From assembly GCA_002633005.1 (NCBI GenBank), contig NMRA01000584.1, positions 192,495 through 256,494 on the forward strand: a DNA stretch of 64,000 nt. Direction: 5' to 3'. The notes under the pieces were generated by a model that searched no databases, was not told the DNA's origin, and saw nothing but the letters and a program-made list of their open reading frames with translations. The translations under genes and the position numbers were made by a program. The DNA comes from Phoronis australis (lineage: Eukaryota > Animalia > Phoronida). Below, piece after piece: positions 24,895 through 37,398 of the stretch (the stretch's first letter is position 1; every line of letters starts with the position of its first letter).

Positions 24895-26898
24895 AGGAGA
24901 ATGCCACCCGATTTAATTAGTCTTTTTTGCCGTTTTAATCGGTTTATATCCACATCGCCTCGCATAATGTCGACCTTAGCTTGCCAAGAGGTGTCGCGTT
25001 AACCTGTGAGGAAGGTGAAAAACGACGCTAGCGACGTCAGTGGTTCATATGCAGAGTGAATGCCGCTATGTTGTGGTGCATCGTTCCCGCTTGTCCGAAC
25101 TAAGCAGCTGCGAGGAAAGCGGGTATATCGTTTTTTTTGCTTCCTTGAGAGTCCGAAATGCTTAGGAAGTGGCTCATGGTAGTAAAGAATGAAATGTACG
25201 CTGTAAATAGCAAGTATGAGGCCGTGAAACATCTCCGTGTCTGTGGCCTGCAGACGTCGACAGTGCCTTACGAATGCTGGCTTACCAAATAACTCCATAC
25301 GTTCCGTTGTCTGAGCTTGTTCACGGCGCCTCTCTAGTATTTCTTCATCACTGTATTCCTGTTCGAATTGATAGCCTGTAAAACTTAACGATCCACCTGC
25401 GAAGTCGGGACTGATGAGCTCTAGCTCGTCCTAAGTCGGGATTGCGAGTTGCCGTGTTGGCGTTTATTACTGAGCGTTCTGTTTCAAAATGAATTATTCT
25501 CACCCTAACCAATACTTATATAAAACTGAAACAAAGTCTGTCTCATTAGATGCAATTTGTAATGCCTTTGGAGTNNNNNNNNNNNNNNNNNNNNNNNNNN
25601 NNNNNNNNNNNNNNNNNNNNNNNNNNNNNNNNNNNNNNNNNNNNNNNNNNNNNNNNNNNNNNNNNNNNNNNNNNNNNNNNNNNNNNNNNNNNNNNNNNNN
25701 NNNNNNNNNNNNNNNNNNNNNNNNNNNNNNNNNNNNNNNNNNNNNNNNNNNNNNNNNNNNNNNNNNNNNNNNNNNNNNNNNNNNNNNNNNNNNNNNNNNN
25801 NNNNNNNNNNNNNNNNNNNNNNNNNNNNNNNNNNNNNNNNNNNNNNNNNNNNNNNNNNNNNNNNNNNNNNNNNNNNNNNNNNNNNNNNNNNNNNNNNNNN
25901 NNNNNNNNNNNNNNNNNNNNNNNNNNNNNNNNNNNNNNNNNNNNNNNNNNNNNNNNNNNNNNNNNNNNNNNNNNNNNNNNNNNNNNNNNNNNNNNNNNNN
26001 NNNNNNNNNNNNNNNNNNNNNNNNNNNNNNNNNNNNNNNNNNNNNNNNNNNNNNNNNNNNNNNNNNNNNNNNNNNNNNNNNNNNNNNNNNNNNNNNNNNN
26101 NNNNNNNNNNNNNNNNNNNNNNNNNNNNNNNNNNNNNNNNNNNNNNNNNNNNNNNNNNNNNNNNNNNNNNNNNNNNNNNNNNNNNNNNNNNNNNNNNNNN
26201 NNNNNNNNNNNNNNNNNNNNNNNNNNNNNNNNNNNNNNNNNNNNNNNNNNNNNNNNNNNNNNNNNNNNNNNNNNNNNNNNNNNNNNNNNNNNNNNNNNNN
26301 NNNNNNNNNNNNNNNNNNNNNNNNNNNNNNNNNNNNNNNNNNNNNNNNNNNNNNNNNNNNNNNNNNNNNNNNNNNNNNNNNNNNNNNNNNNNNNNNNNNN
26401 NNNNNNNNNNNNNNNNNNNNNNNNNNNNNNNNNNNNNNNNNNNGGGGGCGGGCCCCCTGGGCCCCCCCCTAAATCCGCCTATGGTATCTCACGGAAAATA
26501 CTTCGAAATTATCTCCGAACACACCCAAACTCCTGCTACGGACCTTATTGGCCTGCCGAACTTTGTAGGCTACGATGTGTCCAAATACCAATAAATCCGT
26601 AAGAGCGAAATAAAACAACACGTTTTTATAAGAACTCGGTGTATTTTTAAGGGTTTTACATCGAAGTTTGATGATTTATTGGTGTTAAACGATGACTTCA
26701 AGCGATAAGCTGACACCAGTAACCCGTTTTGTGAACTGCTGAACAAACTGCGTGTGAAACCGATGACGTCATTGGATAATTTCAACACCTCCGTCTGCCG
26801 TCAGGTGTCAGGTAACGCAACCGTAAGTGTCGTTATAGAGTAGAACTACTCGATCTAAATTGATACAAATTAGGTTGTTTTTTGGGTGGCATGCTCCT
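24895..26898. mobile_element. Kolobok-type DNA transposon derivative spanning the assembly gap
   Basis: TTAA TSDs 24891-24894 and 26899-26902; TIR AGGAGAATGCCACCC / GGGTGGCATGCTCCT; - strand GYQFEQEYSDEE remnant near 25340-25380. Confidence 0.75.
25575..26443. other. Assembly gap (N run)
   Basis: Run of n characters. Confidence 1.
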
Positions 26899-29800
26899 TT
26901 AAGTACACTAAGAACATGCGTTATAAAGTACACTGAGACCATGCGTTATAAAGTACACTGAGACCATGCGTTATAAAGTACACTGAGACCATGCGTTATA
27001 AAATACACTGAAACCATGCGTTATAAAGTACACTGAGACCATACGTTATAAAGTACACTGAGACCATGCGTTATAAAGTACACTGAGACCATGCGTTATG
27101 AAGTACACTGAGACCATGCGCCGTTATAAAGTACACTGAGACCATGCGTTGTAATGTACACTCAGACCATGCGTTATAAAGTACACTGAGATCATGCGTT
27201 CTAAAGTACACTGAGATCATGCGTTATAAAGTACACTCAGACCATGCGTTATAAAGTACACTGAGATCATGCGTTATAAAGTACACTGAGACCATGCGTT
27301 ATAAAGTACACTGAGACCATGCGTTATAAAGTACATTGTACACTGAGATCATGCCTAAAGTTGCAACGACCGTGGGACAGAAAGGGGTTTATTGTGAAAT
27401 TTGTGACCAACTGTGGCGGGGCAGCATTTGACGATGCAGAATCTGTTGATGTCCTAAATAATGTTTGCCCTCCTATACAGTTCCAATGCCTCCCCAACCG
27501 AGCCAGGTTTGTTTCTGATTACCTCGACTAAGATTAAAAGAATGTTAATTACGAAGTCTAAGTACTTCAGTCGCTTTTACAATTAATATTAATGAATACC
27601 ACACGCGACTCATGAGAGGTCATGGCTTTACTTAAAAAATCGATTCTTTAAAGTTTGGATATGTTCTATCATATTTAAGAATAACCTTCTTAAGAACAAG
27701 TGTTTGTTTAAAACAATAAAATCTGAATTAATGTAGTCCTGAAAGAGCGTTGTCGTAATAGATGAAGAAAAATATACATGCGGATACGGCGCTTTGCACA
27801 TATAGTTTCGCTAGGTTCGACATTGAGATAAGGTGAGAAGCGTGTGTCATTGTGGTGCTACGGCAATTAAGTCTGTGATGAAAGTCATAGTTGTTACAAC
27901 ATTGATGATAGCGGATAGAACAAGATAAAAATCCGCTGGCGATTAATAACGTTGAAAAGGTGACTGAAATTATATTTATTTGAGTAGTAAATCAATTGTA
28001 AGCATTTTTATTTACTACGGCGTGGCCGGGTCCATTTGGCTGCTTGTTCATTTTATGAAGAGGTATGTGGTAATGTCGTGAACAATTTATAATAAGTTAC
28101 CAGAGGAGAGTAAATATCTAAAACAAAAACATACGAGAGGCAGATACTTATAATTACCCGAAACGGTGAGTGCTTTCCGGAACTGTAACGCACTCTGGGA
28201 ACCTGCTGGTGATACTCGAAATTCAAAGTGTCGGAAAAGCACAATTTTTGTTGATGCTGGCTTAACTTGATTTTGTGGAATTTCTGTGTAAATAAGTAAA
28301 CATATTACGACCTAGGGTTTGCACGAACGACTTGGACGTGAGTTGTCGGTCTTCATTCATGGAGAGCCCTCGAGTCTTGATGGATCTCAAAGACATGTAA
28401 GTATAAACCTCCCTTTAACCCCATCTCATCCGTCAGCTTCATATTACACCCGCCGAAGATTAACCATGCACTAAATTTAGCGAGCTTGCAGCATTTCACC
28501 CGTCCAGCCGCGTATGATCCCGGCCACTGACCCCACCTGGCGCTGCCACAAAACCGCGAAGTCCCATTAACCTACATGTAGGCCTAGCTAGCTCAGTCGA
28601 CCTTCACGATACCCAGTTTGATATCGTGAATTAAAAATCTCGACAAGTATTACGAACTATGTCCGAGTTCTGAGAAATGGATTAAAATTCCATTCCAGAA
28701 GTTGATTTAAACGAGTTTCTGGAATTCATCGGAGTCGAACGCAATTCACTTAGTGTACCTTTATAAAAAATTGATATTTTGTTCTAAGTCCACTACAAAT
28801 TTGCAAAAACTAGGTATCTTCGTTACAGCCGCATAAACAAATAAAGGCAGCTGCGGCAAAATGTGAAATTTATATGAGTTAAGTCTGAAAAGTCACCTCT
28901 AAATAAATTGAAAATTTTTTGACTACGGTGTTAATTTCGGATTTTGAGTACTTTAAATAGAGCTTTTTGACTTACGCACAAAAAGTTTCTCCGCTAGCAT
29001 TTTTGATTGATCAGCCTGTTTTCACTCATGCCCTTCGTTTTATGAAACAAAAAGTTAGGGGCTACCTGTTCAATAGGCGTCACAGAAGAATGCGAAATTT
29101 AGTTTTCTCAAAAGGGTCAACTTCTAGATGGAAAAGCTGCATTAGTATTTCACCAGAGAGTGGTGCACGAAATTGTAAGTGGCTTACTGGAATTGTAAGA
29201 GGAGCAAAATTGATGACGATCATGGAACACCACACCCCGGACTGGAAGAAGTCGTGATGGCATCAGGGGCGTCGTCGTCTTTCACGCAGAAAATGAAAGG
29301 CGGAAAAAGGACATGTATTCTAACACATGACGAAACCTCATCTCCTACTTATGCCTGCACATATTAACATAAAGACAATATCCCCTATCTTAACAAAAGT
29401 CTCCACTTTCTGACAGCCTGCGCCGTCAGTGCAGTGGCATGTGTCGTGGCCTCATCTTAATTTAAAACGCTATCATTTGCAACCAGTGCGCTTGATCAAC
29501 ACAAACAATGGCACTCTGGCGAAATTGACAGGGTACGGCCCGATGCCACATGAAGCGCTTTGAATTAGGAGCAACTTCAAAATTATTACTAACTTAGTTA
29601 TCATTATTGTTAGTCAGTAGTATCAGTAGCTGCAACAATTTTGTTGTTGTGCATTTATACCCTATCTTTAACGGATATGCTGGGGCTGGACATTTTCAGT
29701 GGGGGAGGGGTTCGACCGAACCCCCTCCACCCTGGCTACGGGCCTGGGCTTCACAAATAGAAACTAATAGTTCACGAAATGCATCTCCACCAGGTACCCT

Positions 29801-30923
29801 GTATTTGAATATACATGCACCGCCAGCTATCGGACTACAAGTATTTGCGAAAAACGTCGTCACACGACACAATGACAATCACACGCAGTCAATAAACTAA
29901 CCTTCGTTTTTGTCCTGTTCATTTACGATAATTAACAACGAAGTTTTGATACCAAATGCCACCGCACTTGTTTAAACGTGTTAATTTAGTAAAAAGCTGT
30001 CAAACTGCGAAAACATCTAGTTTTAGACACAGATGATCACAGGATCGTATACGGAAATAGTGACAACACCGTGTTCAAGTTGAATTTCAGCTATACGGTA
30101 GACTGTTTACACGACAGTCACTTAGGTTTCTGTATTCTATTATCCTTAGTTGGCAACACTGATTCGAGAACGAAAAACGGGCTGCAGCCAGCCAAGGCCA
30201 GTCACCTTGTTGCCTTTCTACGTTTCCTATGCTTTCGTATTGAAAGATTCCGAGACATGACGCACACACTCTCACATCACTTTCCTTTAAGCCTAGGAGT
30301 TTCGAGGAGTATCGCGATTTCATTTCACGCTAACCAAATTTCGCCGTATATCTCAAAACTGTCCCACCAAAAATCGAAACAGTCGGAAAGCATGTACTAT
30401 AAACAAAAACTCGTGCAAATTTTTTAACAAGGATGCATAACTCACGAATTCGGATGCCTAACTTTGTTTCGACTTTGATAGCAAATGTAAGTTCTCGGGC
30501 GAAACCGCTTTCACAGAAATCTCTAGGCATGCATTTACAGTAGCGTCCAAATTTCACACGAGACTGTAAAATTACGACTTTTAAAGATATTCTCACGTGA
30601 CTTTACGCGCCCGGACATTATGCTTCACACACAGGAGTTTCTTTCGTTGCTTCGGAGGCCCACTTCGAATCTTTTTTAAAAGATCATAAGAAAACGTGTG
30701 AAGAATGCAGGTACCTTAGGTACAATGCTGATGTCTTCATGTCAACAAAGAGCCAACTAAAACATGAAAGTGATCTCAATCAGCTGTCAGTCACCAAATA
30801 TCTAATTTTTGGTACAAAGTACATCAAAAATACAGGTCTCATGTCACATTAGAAGTGACTTCAGAGTTTAGGAAGCGCCTCTGTAGACAGGGCTCAACGT
30901 TGGCTTGACCCTCTGATTATGTA

Positions 30924-31142
30924 TCCTTGACCAATTGGATGAACATTACGCACGTAAATCAAGTTACGTGCGTAAATAAATTCTTGCTAATGGTGTAAAT
31001 CAATTATTTAATTAAAGTAACTATTTAATTGACGTAAATATTTACAGCCGTGAAGTAATTAGTTAGAGGCGTAAATTAATTATTTCCGACGTAAAGTAAT
31101 TACGTAATTTGCGTGCGTAACGTTCAGCCATTTGGCCAACGA
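30924..31142. mobile_element. TA-flanked MITE (Tc1/mariner-like)
   Basis: ~35-bp imperfect TIRs TCCTTGACCAATTGGATGAACATTACGCACG / CGTGCGTAACGTTCAGCCATTTGGCCAACGA, with TA on both sides. Confidence 0.65.
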
Positions 31143-31468
31143 TAATTATAACGCTATGAGCATAATTTCAAGCAACGAGCTGCCAGCTCTTCCCAAGACC
31201 AGAAACTCTTTACCATCACAATAAGGGACAAGTCATTGAGGTAATTTTTTTAAAAAGTGGCCAAATTTAAAGGCTAGTAGGCTTTCACAGAAGACTAGCT
31301 TCAGCATCTTAAAGACGTCAAAAGACAGAACGAAAAATCAGCGAGGTGTTTTGTTTCCCGTACAAGGGATGTTGAATAAAACAATGTGAAAGACATCCTT
31401 GGGACACCATATTGGCAGCCCCTTTTGCTTGCATTTTGTCTAAGTAAATTTGATTTGATCACACACAG

Positions 31469-31567
31469 GCCTAACGTTTGCGCAATGCAACAGGTGGCGT
31501 CTACCAACAAGAAGTACTACTCACAAGTTCTCGCTTACAGACCAAGACGGATGTGCGGGAAACCAGC
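31469..31567 (+). CDS. TGFBI/POSTN: TGFBI/periostin-like exon 2 (EMI/CROPT domain)
   Basis: PNVCAMQQVASTNKKYY..RMCGKP resembles TGFBI PNVCAVQKVIGTNRKYF..ICGK; ag/gt boundaries. Confidence 0.92.
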
Positions 31568-31790
31568 GTAAGTAACTGTAAAGATCTTTGTTGCATAGTA
31601 AGGATTTTCCTTTTCCAATGGTTACTTGTCAATTTTCCTGGGGCAATTAATAGGACGTCTAACCAGTTGGCTATGGAATTCCAAGCTACCAGTTGTTATA
31701 GCGTACGGGTTTTACACGTTAACGCGTGCAGGCTTGGAATTCTATAGCTGGTTGATTACCATAAACATACTCCTGTTTCTTTTACTTCAG

Positions 31791-31855
31791 GTATGTTCGC
31801 TATCACTGTTGCAATGGTTACGAGTCCATTCTTGGCATAAAGGGTTGTATGGGAG
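31791..31855 (+). CDS. TGFBI/POSTN: TGFBI/periostin-like exon 3 (end of EMI)
   Basis: YHCCNGYESILGIKGC matches the family YECCPGY..KGC motif; phases consistent. Confidence 0.92.
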
Positions 31856-32236
31856 GTACGTAACAATTATAGATTTTAACTTAAAACGTCAATCAGCTTA
31901 GAATTTACAGGAACCCGCTCCTTCGTGCACATACAATGTACAAGTACGGTTGAAGACAACACTGGTTTCTACGGATTCTATCTTAAGCCCGAAGAAAAAA
32001 TCACTCCTGCACAAAGATGAACACCCACATACATTTTCAGGGAATCGTTAATGTTCTACAAAACAAATTACCTACAGAAATATTGTTGTTGAAGATACTT
32101 TTGCACAAAAGTGGTTTTCTTTAATCAAGAACAGCGAGTCTAAGTCTATTGTAAAGAATTCAACCTTTATAAGTGAGCCATATTTCACGTGTGGACAGCA
32201 CAGTTGGAATCTTGACTTGTTCGTCCTTGATTTCAG

Positions 32237-32402
32237 TTCAGCCAGTAGCAAACATCGTTGATACGGCGAAACGTGAACACCTTCGGATGTTTCTGAAAGC
32301 TTCTGACGCAGTCAATATCACAGACGACCTGAGAAAAAATGGTGCTTACACAGTATTTGTTCCGGAAAATTCGGCGTTTCAAAGTAGTACCGCAAAGACA
32401 AG
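32237..32402 (+). CDS. TGFBI/POSTN: TGFBI/periostin-like exon 4 (FAS1-1)
   Basis: H1 motif YTVFVPENSAF; ag/gt boundaries. Confidence 0.92.
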
Positions 32403-32770
32403 GTAAAGCGACGACAATCTCAAAACGGAGTCGAATTCAAGAACGTTTTAGTTAGAACTGGTTCTTGTTATGACTTCGTCAAACGTTAGTCCGTATTAAC
32501 TACCACTCCGGGAAAACCAAAGTTGAAGTCCCCCAAAATGTAGTCTGGAAAGCGGCAAAAGATTCTTTGGTTGATTTCAGAGGCCCTCAATAAACGTTTA
32601 TGCCGATACTTTAGGTGACTGCTTAGGTGACTCCCAGAAGAACCCATGATTAGAAGACGCTACATTATGCCTTGGTGTACTCATCCTAAAGCAGGTATTA
32701 CTAATATGCAACTGTGCCCAACCGTACATGCAACTGGTTTCACAAACTGATCGAACTACGGTCTTTTCAG

Positions 32771-32930
32771 ACGCCAGCTCTTGTCTCCTGACAATTCACT
32801 AGTTAAGAATCATTTTGTTCACGGTCGCCGAAACATCAACCAGCTGACCAATGGAGCAAGACTCGAAACACTCTACAACAACAACGCCGGAAGTAGGGAC
32901 AGGCTAAGGGTGGCGAAATATTCAAATGGT
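32771..32930 (+). CDS. TGFBI/POSTN: TGFBI/periostin-like exon 5 (FAS1-1)
   Basis: LVKNHFV..LETLY..LRVAKYSNG; cttttcag acceptor and gtaagt donor. Confidence 0.9.
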
Positions 32931-33219
32931 GTAAGTACACAAACGTCGTTTTGCTACTAAAATTTGTGTCAACATTTAAGCCCAGTATTGCTTAGGGAAT
33001 CGAGGTATTAACTTGGACTGACATCCTTTTTGCATGACGTTCCACTCTGAATACTGCATGTTTCAAAATGAATTAAATATCATTTACCGAACCTAACTCT
33101 TTGGCATTTAAGTACTGCAATATAACCTTGGATGGATGACATTGACCAGTGATGTCATTTGGGGTCTCCGTCTCAAGATTGTTTAGAGTCTGCATAGTGC
33201 TCAACTGATTGTCTTGTAG

Positions 33220-33297
33220 ATTGTCACAGTGAACTGCGCTCGCATAACGGTGCCGAACCTTCAGGCGTCCAACGGTATGATACACGTGGTCGACAAG
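33220..33297 (+). CDS. TGFBI/POSTN: TGFBI/periostin-like exon 6 (FAS1-1 H2)
   Basis: IVTVNCARI...ASNGMIHVVDK. Confidence 0.93.
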
Positions 33298-33738
33298 GTA
33301 AATAGTCGATGCTTCTTGTTACAACCTTCCAAAATTTATAGTTTCGTAAAGATTGTTGCTTCATATAAAAAGTCTGGTTTTGTGATCGATATGAATGTAT
33401 GAATACGCGTCTAAGAACGCCCAAATAAGTACAACGTAAGGTAATCTTGGTTGTTTAGGGTCAACGGGATTCAGTTGTTGCCGTCAAATTCAAAAGTGCA
33501 CACCTAGCTTTACTACGTAAGACATTTTCGTAAACTAAGATTTAGGTTCAGAATAACGACATAGAGGACTGGAAAAAGTCACAAGCATTGGCACACGGTA
33601 TTTAACCTGTACTGACATTCGACATTGTCATTAACGTCTTTCTGGAAAAAGATTTCCCGTTAAGAGTTAGAATGACCCACTGCCAACATGTATTTGGTTA
33701 ACATCCCAGCACGTCATCAAGTTATACCTCGTCATTAG

Positions 33739-33952
33739 GTCCTAGAGCCGTCCTATGACGGGACAATAATGGATTATCTGGAGAATGATGACAGGTTTCA
33801 AGACCTGGTGGTGGCCTTGCTTAATACTGGAGTGGCTGATGGGCTCAGAGATGGGAAGCTGAAGACGTTGTTTGCGCCAACCAACGATGCGTTCCAGGCA
33901 ATGCCCCAGAAAATCCTGAACAGAGCTTTTCAAAACAGCGACATTTTAAGAG
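33739..33952 (+). CDS. TGFBI/POSTN: TGFBI/periostin-like exon 7 (FAS1-2)
   Basis: TLFAPTNDAF H1 motif. Confidence 0.92.
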
Positions 33953-34298
33953 GTAGGATGACGTGTTTCAATTTCGGAGGACGCTAAAATAGGAAGGTCT
34001 TTTTAAAGACATTTATAGTTAAAAGTGCCTGTATCCGTCATCTGTCGCAGTGTGCAGGTGTCTTGCAGTGCCGGATTTTCGATAACATAGCCAAGCTATA
34101 GCTTTTTGACCCGAACAAAGCAGGGGCCCGCCCGTAGAGTAATTCGACCCCACGCGGGCAGGCGGAAAGTTCTAATATCAAAACCGTGAAGTCTGAATCT
34201 CTCAGCTCAAGGCACGGTTTATATTTCTAGCCTGAGAATGTGTTTTAATAGAGTACATGTGGATTTTAATTATCAGCATTTTGAGCGCAAAGTGCGCT

Positions 34299-34597
34299 CA
34301 GTTTTCATCAAAATTAAAATATAGCGTGACAATTAAACCAACGCCTTGGCCGGGTTTAACAGGTCAATAACAGAATCTAGACCATATGTCCATGGCAATA
34401 GAAGTTCCAGATAGCTCACTAAAATCCAACTGTAACTGCACCATACGTATCCTTGTTTTCCAATAACCAACCAGTTTTCATCAAAATTAAAATATAGCGT
34501 GGGTTCAACAGGTCAATACACGGAGTCTAGACCATCTGTCCATGGCAATGAAAGTTCCTAAATAGCTCAATAACCTCCAACTGTAATTGCACCATAC
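34299..34597. repeat. Local tandem duplication (~150 bp)
   Basis: CAGTTTTCATCAAAATTAAAATATAGCGTG...GCACCATAC at ~34299 and ~34472. Confidence 0.7.
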
Positions 34598-35160
34598 ACT
34601 GTACGTTTAATTTTTCTCCCACAACAGTTAAAGGTGCACTTCGCTTTGTTTAACTGGCTAAAAACAAAAATAGAACTAGGTCTCAAAAGTGGACTCAGCT
34701 TCTTTAATGTCAGCAATCTGTGTCATCATATTCTTTACCATGCTAGGATTTGATTTACACACCAGCAAGATCATTAGAACAAAACGCTTCAGTGTTTAAT
34801 GGGGTTGACCACCCTTAAAATTGCAAATTCGAAATGACGTAAGTAGGCCTATGCATTACAAATGATTCAATGAGTTGATAACGGTAATGGGATCCTATCA
34901 AGGCAATGCATATTTTGAGAAAGATGTTACGAGAGTAAAATGCCTCATACGACTAAATGAGACGAAATACGTCTCAAGTCAAAGAACGGGTCTACCTGAA
35001 CGCATTACAGCCGTATAAATCCGATGCCGCTGAACCAACGTGACTTGCAGATTACGACTTAAGCATGAAGTCGCACATAAACTGCTGTGCTAGAGTTCAT
35101 TTGATTCGAATGTGGTATGAGAAAACGTTAATAAATGGCTGAACTTTCTATTTATTACAG

Positions 35161-35373
35161 ACATCATGCGCTATCACATCATACCGCATGACATCTGCTC
35201 AAGCGCCATCTTCACACCGTGTGGCATAACAACGCTAGAGGGGAGTAAGCTCAATACAAGCTGTGACGTGACGGACAATCTTGTTATCAATAGAGACAAA
35301 GTATCCCAAAAAGACATTCTGACCAATAACGGAGTGATACATGTGATAGACGCTGTACAGATTCCTGGTGGAG
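35161..35373 (+). CDS. TGFBI/POSTN: TGFBI/periostin-like exon 8 (FAS1-2)
   Basis: YHII..ICSSAI..TLEG..KDILTNNGVIHVID. Confidence 0.93.
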
Positions 35374-35953
35374 GTTAGTTCTCAACTTTCCTTCATAGTT
35401 GCCACGATTGCAGTCTGGCCCCAAATGCGGGCTACGATTTTGTCGACGTATGGCTTACATCCTAATAATGAGCCATCTCCAGTAACAGCGCAAAAAACGC
35501 GGCCAACATCTATTTTTAGGGCTACAGCGATCGTTTGCTGTTTGGAAATTTTGTGGGGTCGTCTAAATCTGCCATTGTTTCTTGTCAGAAAATACGTAAC
35601 AACAGAAAAAAAGTGTTTATGTCATATACAGACTGTAGGTCACTTCAAAGAGAGGTGTCAAATACCTGAACTCCCGTAGATGATCATCTTAATAGCCATA
35701 CACATCGTTTTCCACAAATTCTACTCACAAGTTTGAATCTAACGGTGGTACCATATCAATGGTTGTAGTTGAGTCCCTGAGTATCGCAATTCCTGGCGTT
35801 TTAACTTCCCCAAAGAAATAGATAACCACTTTGCTTCATACGTTGTGAGAGGAACTTCCAGTATTTTTTTTTTTCAAAATAACAAGAACATTGATGCCCG
35901 TCACAGCCGTGTTACGGTAGGTAAAGGCTAATGGTTGATAATTTGTGATACAG

Positions 35954-36097
35954 TCAAGGACCTCTACAACGTAGTTGGACAACATCCGAATACAAGGAAC
36001 TTCTCGACCTTCTTGTCACAGAGTGGACTAGAAGAGATGCTGATGGCCTTTGACCGTCCCTACACATTGTTTGCACCCACAGACGCAGCATTCGAAG
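35954..36097 (+). CDS. TGFBI/POSTN: TGFBI/periostin-like exon 9 (FAS1-3)
   Basis: YTLFAPTDAAF; phases consistent. Confidence 0.92.
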
Positions 36098-36754
36098 GTA
36101 AGGGTCTTTAAGGACGTGAACTCAAAGGCAAGAGTAGTGTGAGGTAGCGGCACAGCGCGGTTATTGGTGCCATATTCAGGATTTGTTGTCAATGGTGTCA
36201 TGGAACCTCGTATGCGTTTTATCTTCGTTTCTAATTGGCCAACCAATTGTTCACACAGGTACTACGCAAGCACGCCACATGTAATTCGTGTAACCTAATA
36301 ACTATAACTACAAGTAACACACAGGAATTGGGTCGGAGATAATTACTCCATTTGTTTTCACTGCAATGACACCAACGGTATCGATTCAAATTTCTCACTG
36401 CCTTGGGACGTCGTACTATAGAAACTTCGGACCACTGCTTGGCATGGCAGAAATGGTCAACCGATGATACCAGTCTAAAAGCGCAATTGCAAATGCTTCT
36501 TTAAAAAGAACCTGGGGGAAAAACAAAAAGATAAAGCCTTGCGGACCACTTAGGGGAAGTATCAGGGCCGGTGACAACAAAACTACTAGACCAATAACGT
36601 CGCGGGAAACTGAACGTTTATTGGAAGTGTGAATGCGATTTGTAAATTTTGAAGTAAGTGTCTCAAGTAAAGTTTAGTAGTCATGGACTCTGGTGTTAGA
36701 AATTACTCGGAAACGCCATGTGAAAATATAACGACCTCATTCTGATTCTTGCAG

Positions 36755-36939
36755 AACTAACAGGAGGCAACTTGGAGGCCATCAAACACCAGCCAGAGAC
36801 GCTACGACGCATTCTTAACTACCACTTAGTGGAAGGAAAGATCACAACATCCGACATGGTGTCCGACATGTTGTTGAAAACATTCCCTCAAGGAGATGGT
36901 GATCAACCCACAATAAGAGTAACACTTGGACCTGGCCAG
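36755..36939 (+). CDS. TGFBI/POSTN: TGFBI/periostin-like exon 10 (FAS1-3)
   Basis: LRRILNYHLVEG (YH motif). Confidence 0.9.
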
Positions 36940-37071
36940 GTTGGTATCGTAAGACTCATGCATAATTTCACAATCTTGGTAGGAACAGACCACAAGACCA
37001 GAATTTTGAATAGTTTTTGGTGTTCATGATTCAGCTACTTTGTGGTAAAATACATTGTATTTCACTTTCAG

Positions 37072-37208
37072 ACGTACGCAGCTAACAATGGCCGAATTGT
37101 GAGCGCTGACCACAAGGCAGGCAATGGAGTACTCCATGTTGTCGACAAGGTACTACTGCCTCCTGAACAGACTCTTTCTCAGCACGTGCAGCTCAACTCG
37201 ACATTAAA
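37072..37208 (+). CDS. TGFBI/POSTN: TGFBI/periostin-like exon 11 (FAS1-3 H2)
   Basis: ADHKAGNGVLHVVDKVLLPP. Confidence 0.93.
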
Positions 37209-37271
37209 GTGAGTAACCCTATGCTGTTTGTACAAAGTGGACACGTCGTGAAGGGCCACCGCAGATCTGAG

Positions 37272-37398
37272 TTGTCTATCTCGAGTGAACTTCAGCTGAG
37301 CTGATAGGTCACGTCAATGCGTGAAATGCAATAACTGAATGAGCTTGCCGCCTTGACGTGAGCTCTCGGCTCAGATGTCGTTCACTTGAGGTAGACAG
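37272..37398. mobile_element. Fold-back MITE-like hairpin in intron 11
   Basis: TGTCTATCTCGAGTGAAC..TCACGTCAA inverted to TTGACGTGA..GTTCACTTGAGGTAGACA. Confidence 0.55.

Larger units (their letters stand above)
24852..27355. repeat. 25-bp minisatellite (GAGACCATGCGTTATAAAGTACACT), split by a Kolobok insertion
   Basis: ~1.5 units at 24852-24890 and ~18 units at 26903-27355. Confidence 0.9.

Noticed and set aside
25405-25445. Hammerhead ribozyme core (CTGATGAG)
   Set aside because: No GAAA after stem II and no closing stems; the same holds for CTGATGAG near 21351 and 40224
25489-26602. 327-aa and 350-aa ORFs in the ORF track
   Set aside because: Artefacts of translating the N gap
26903-27355. 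Regular short repeats resembling a CRISPR array
   Set aside because: Units are contiguous with no unique spacers, there are no cas genes, and the context is eukaryotic: a minisatellite
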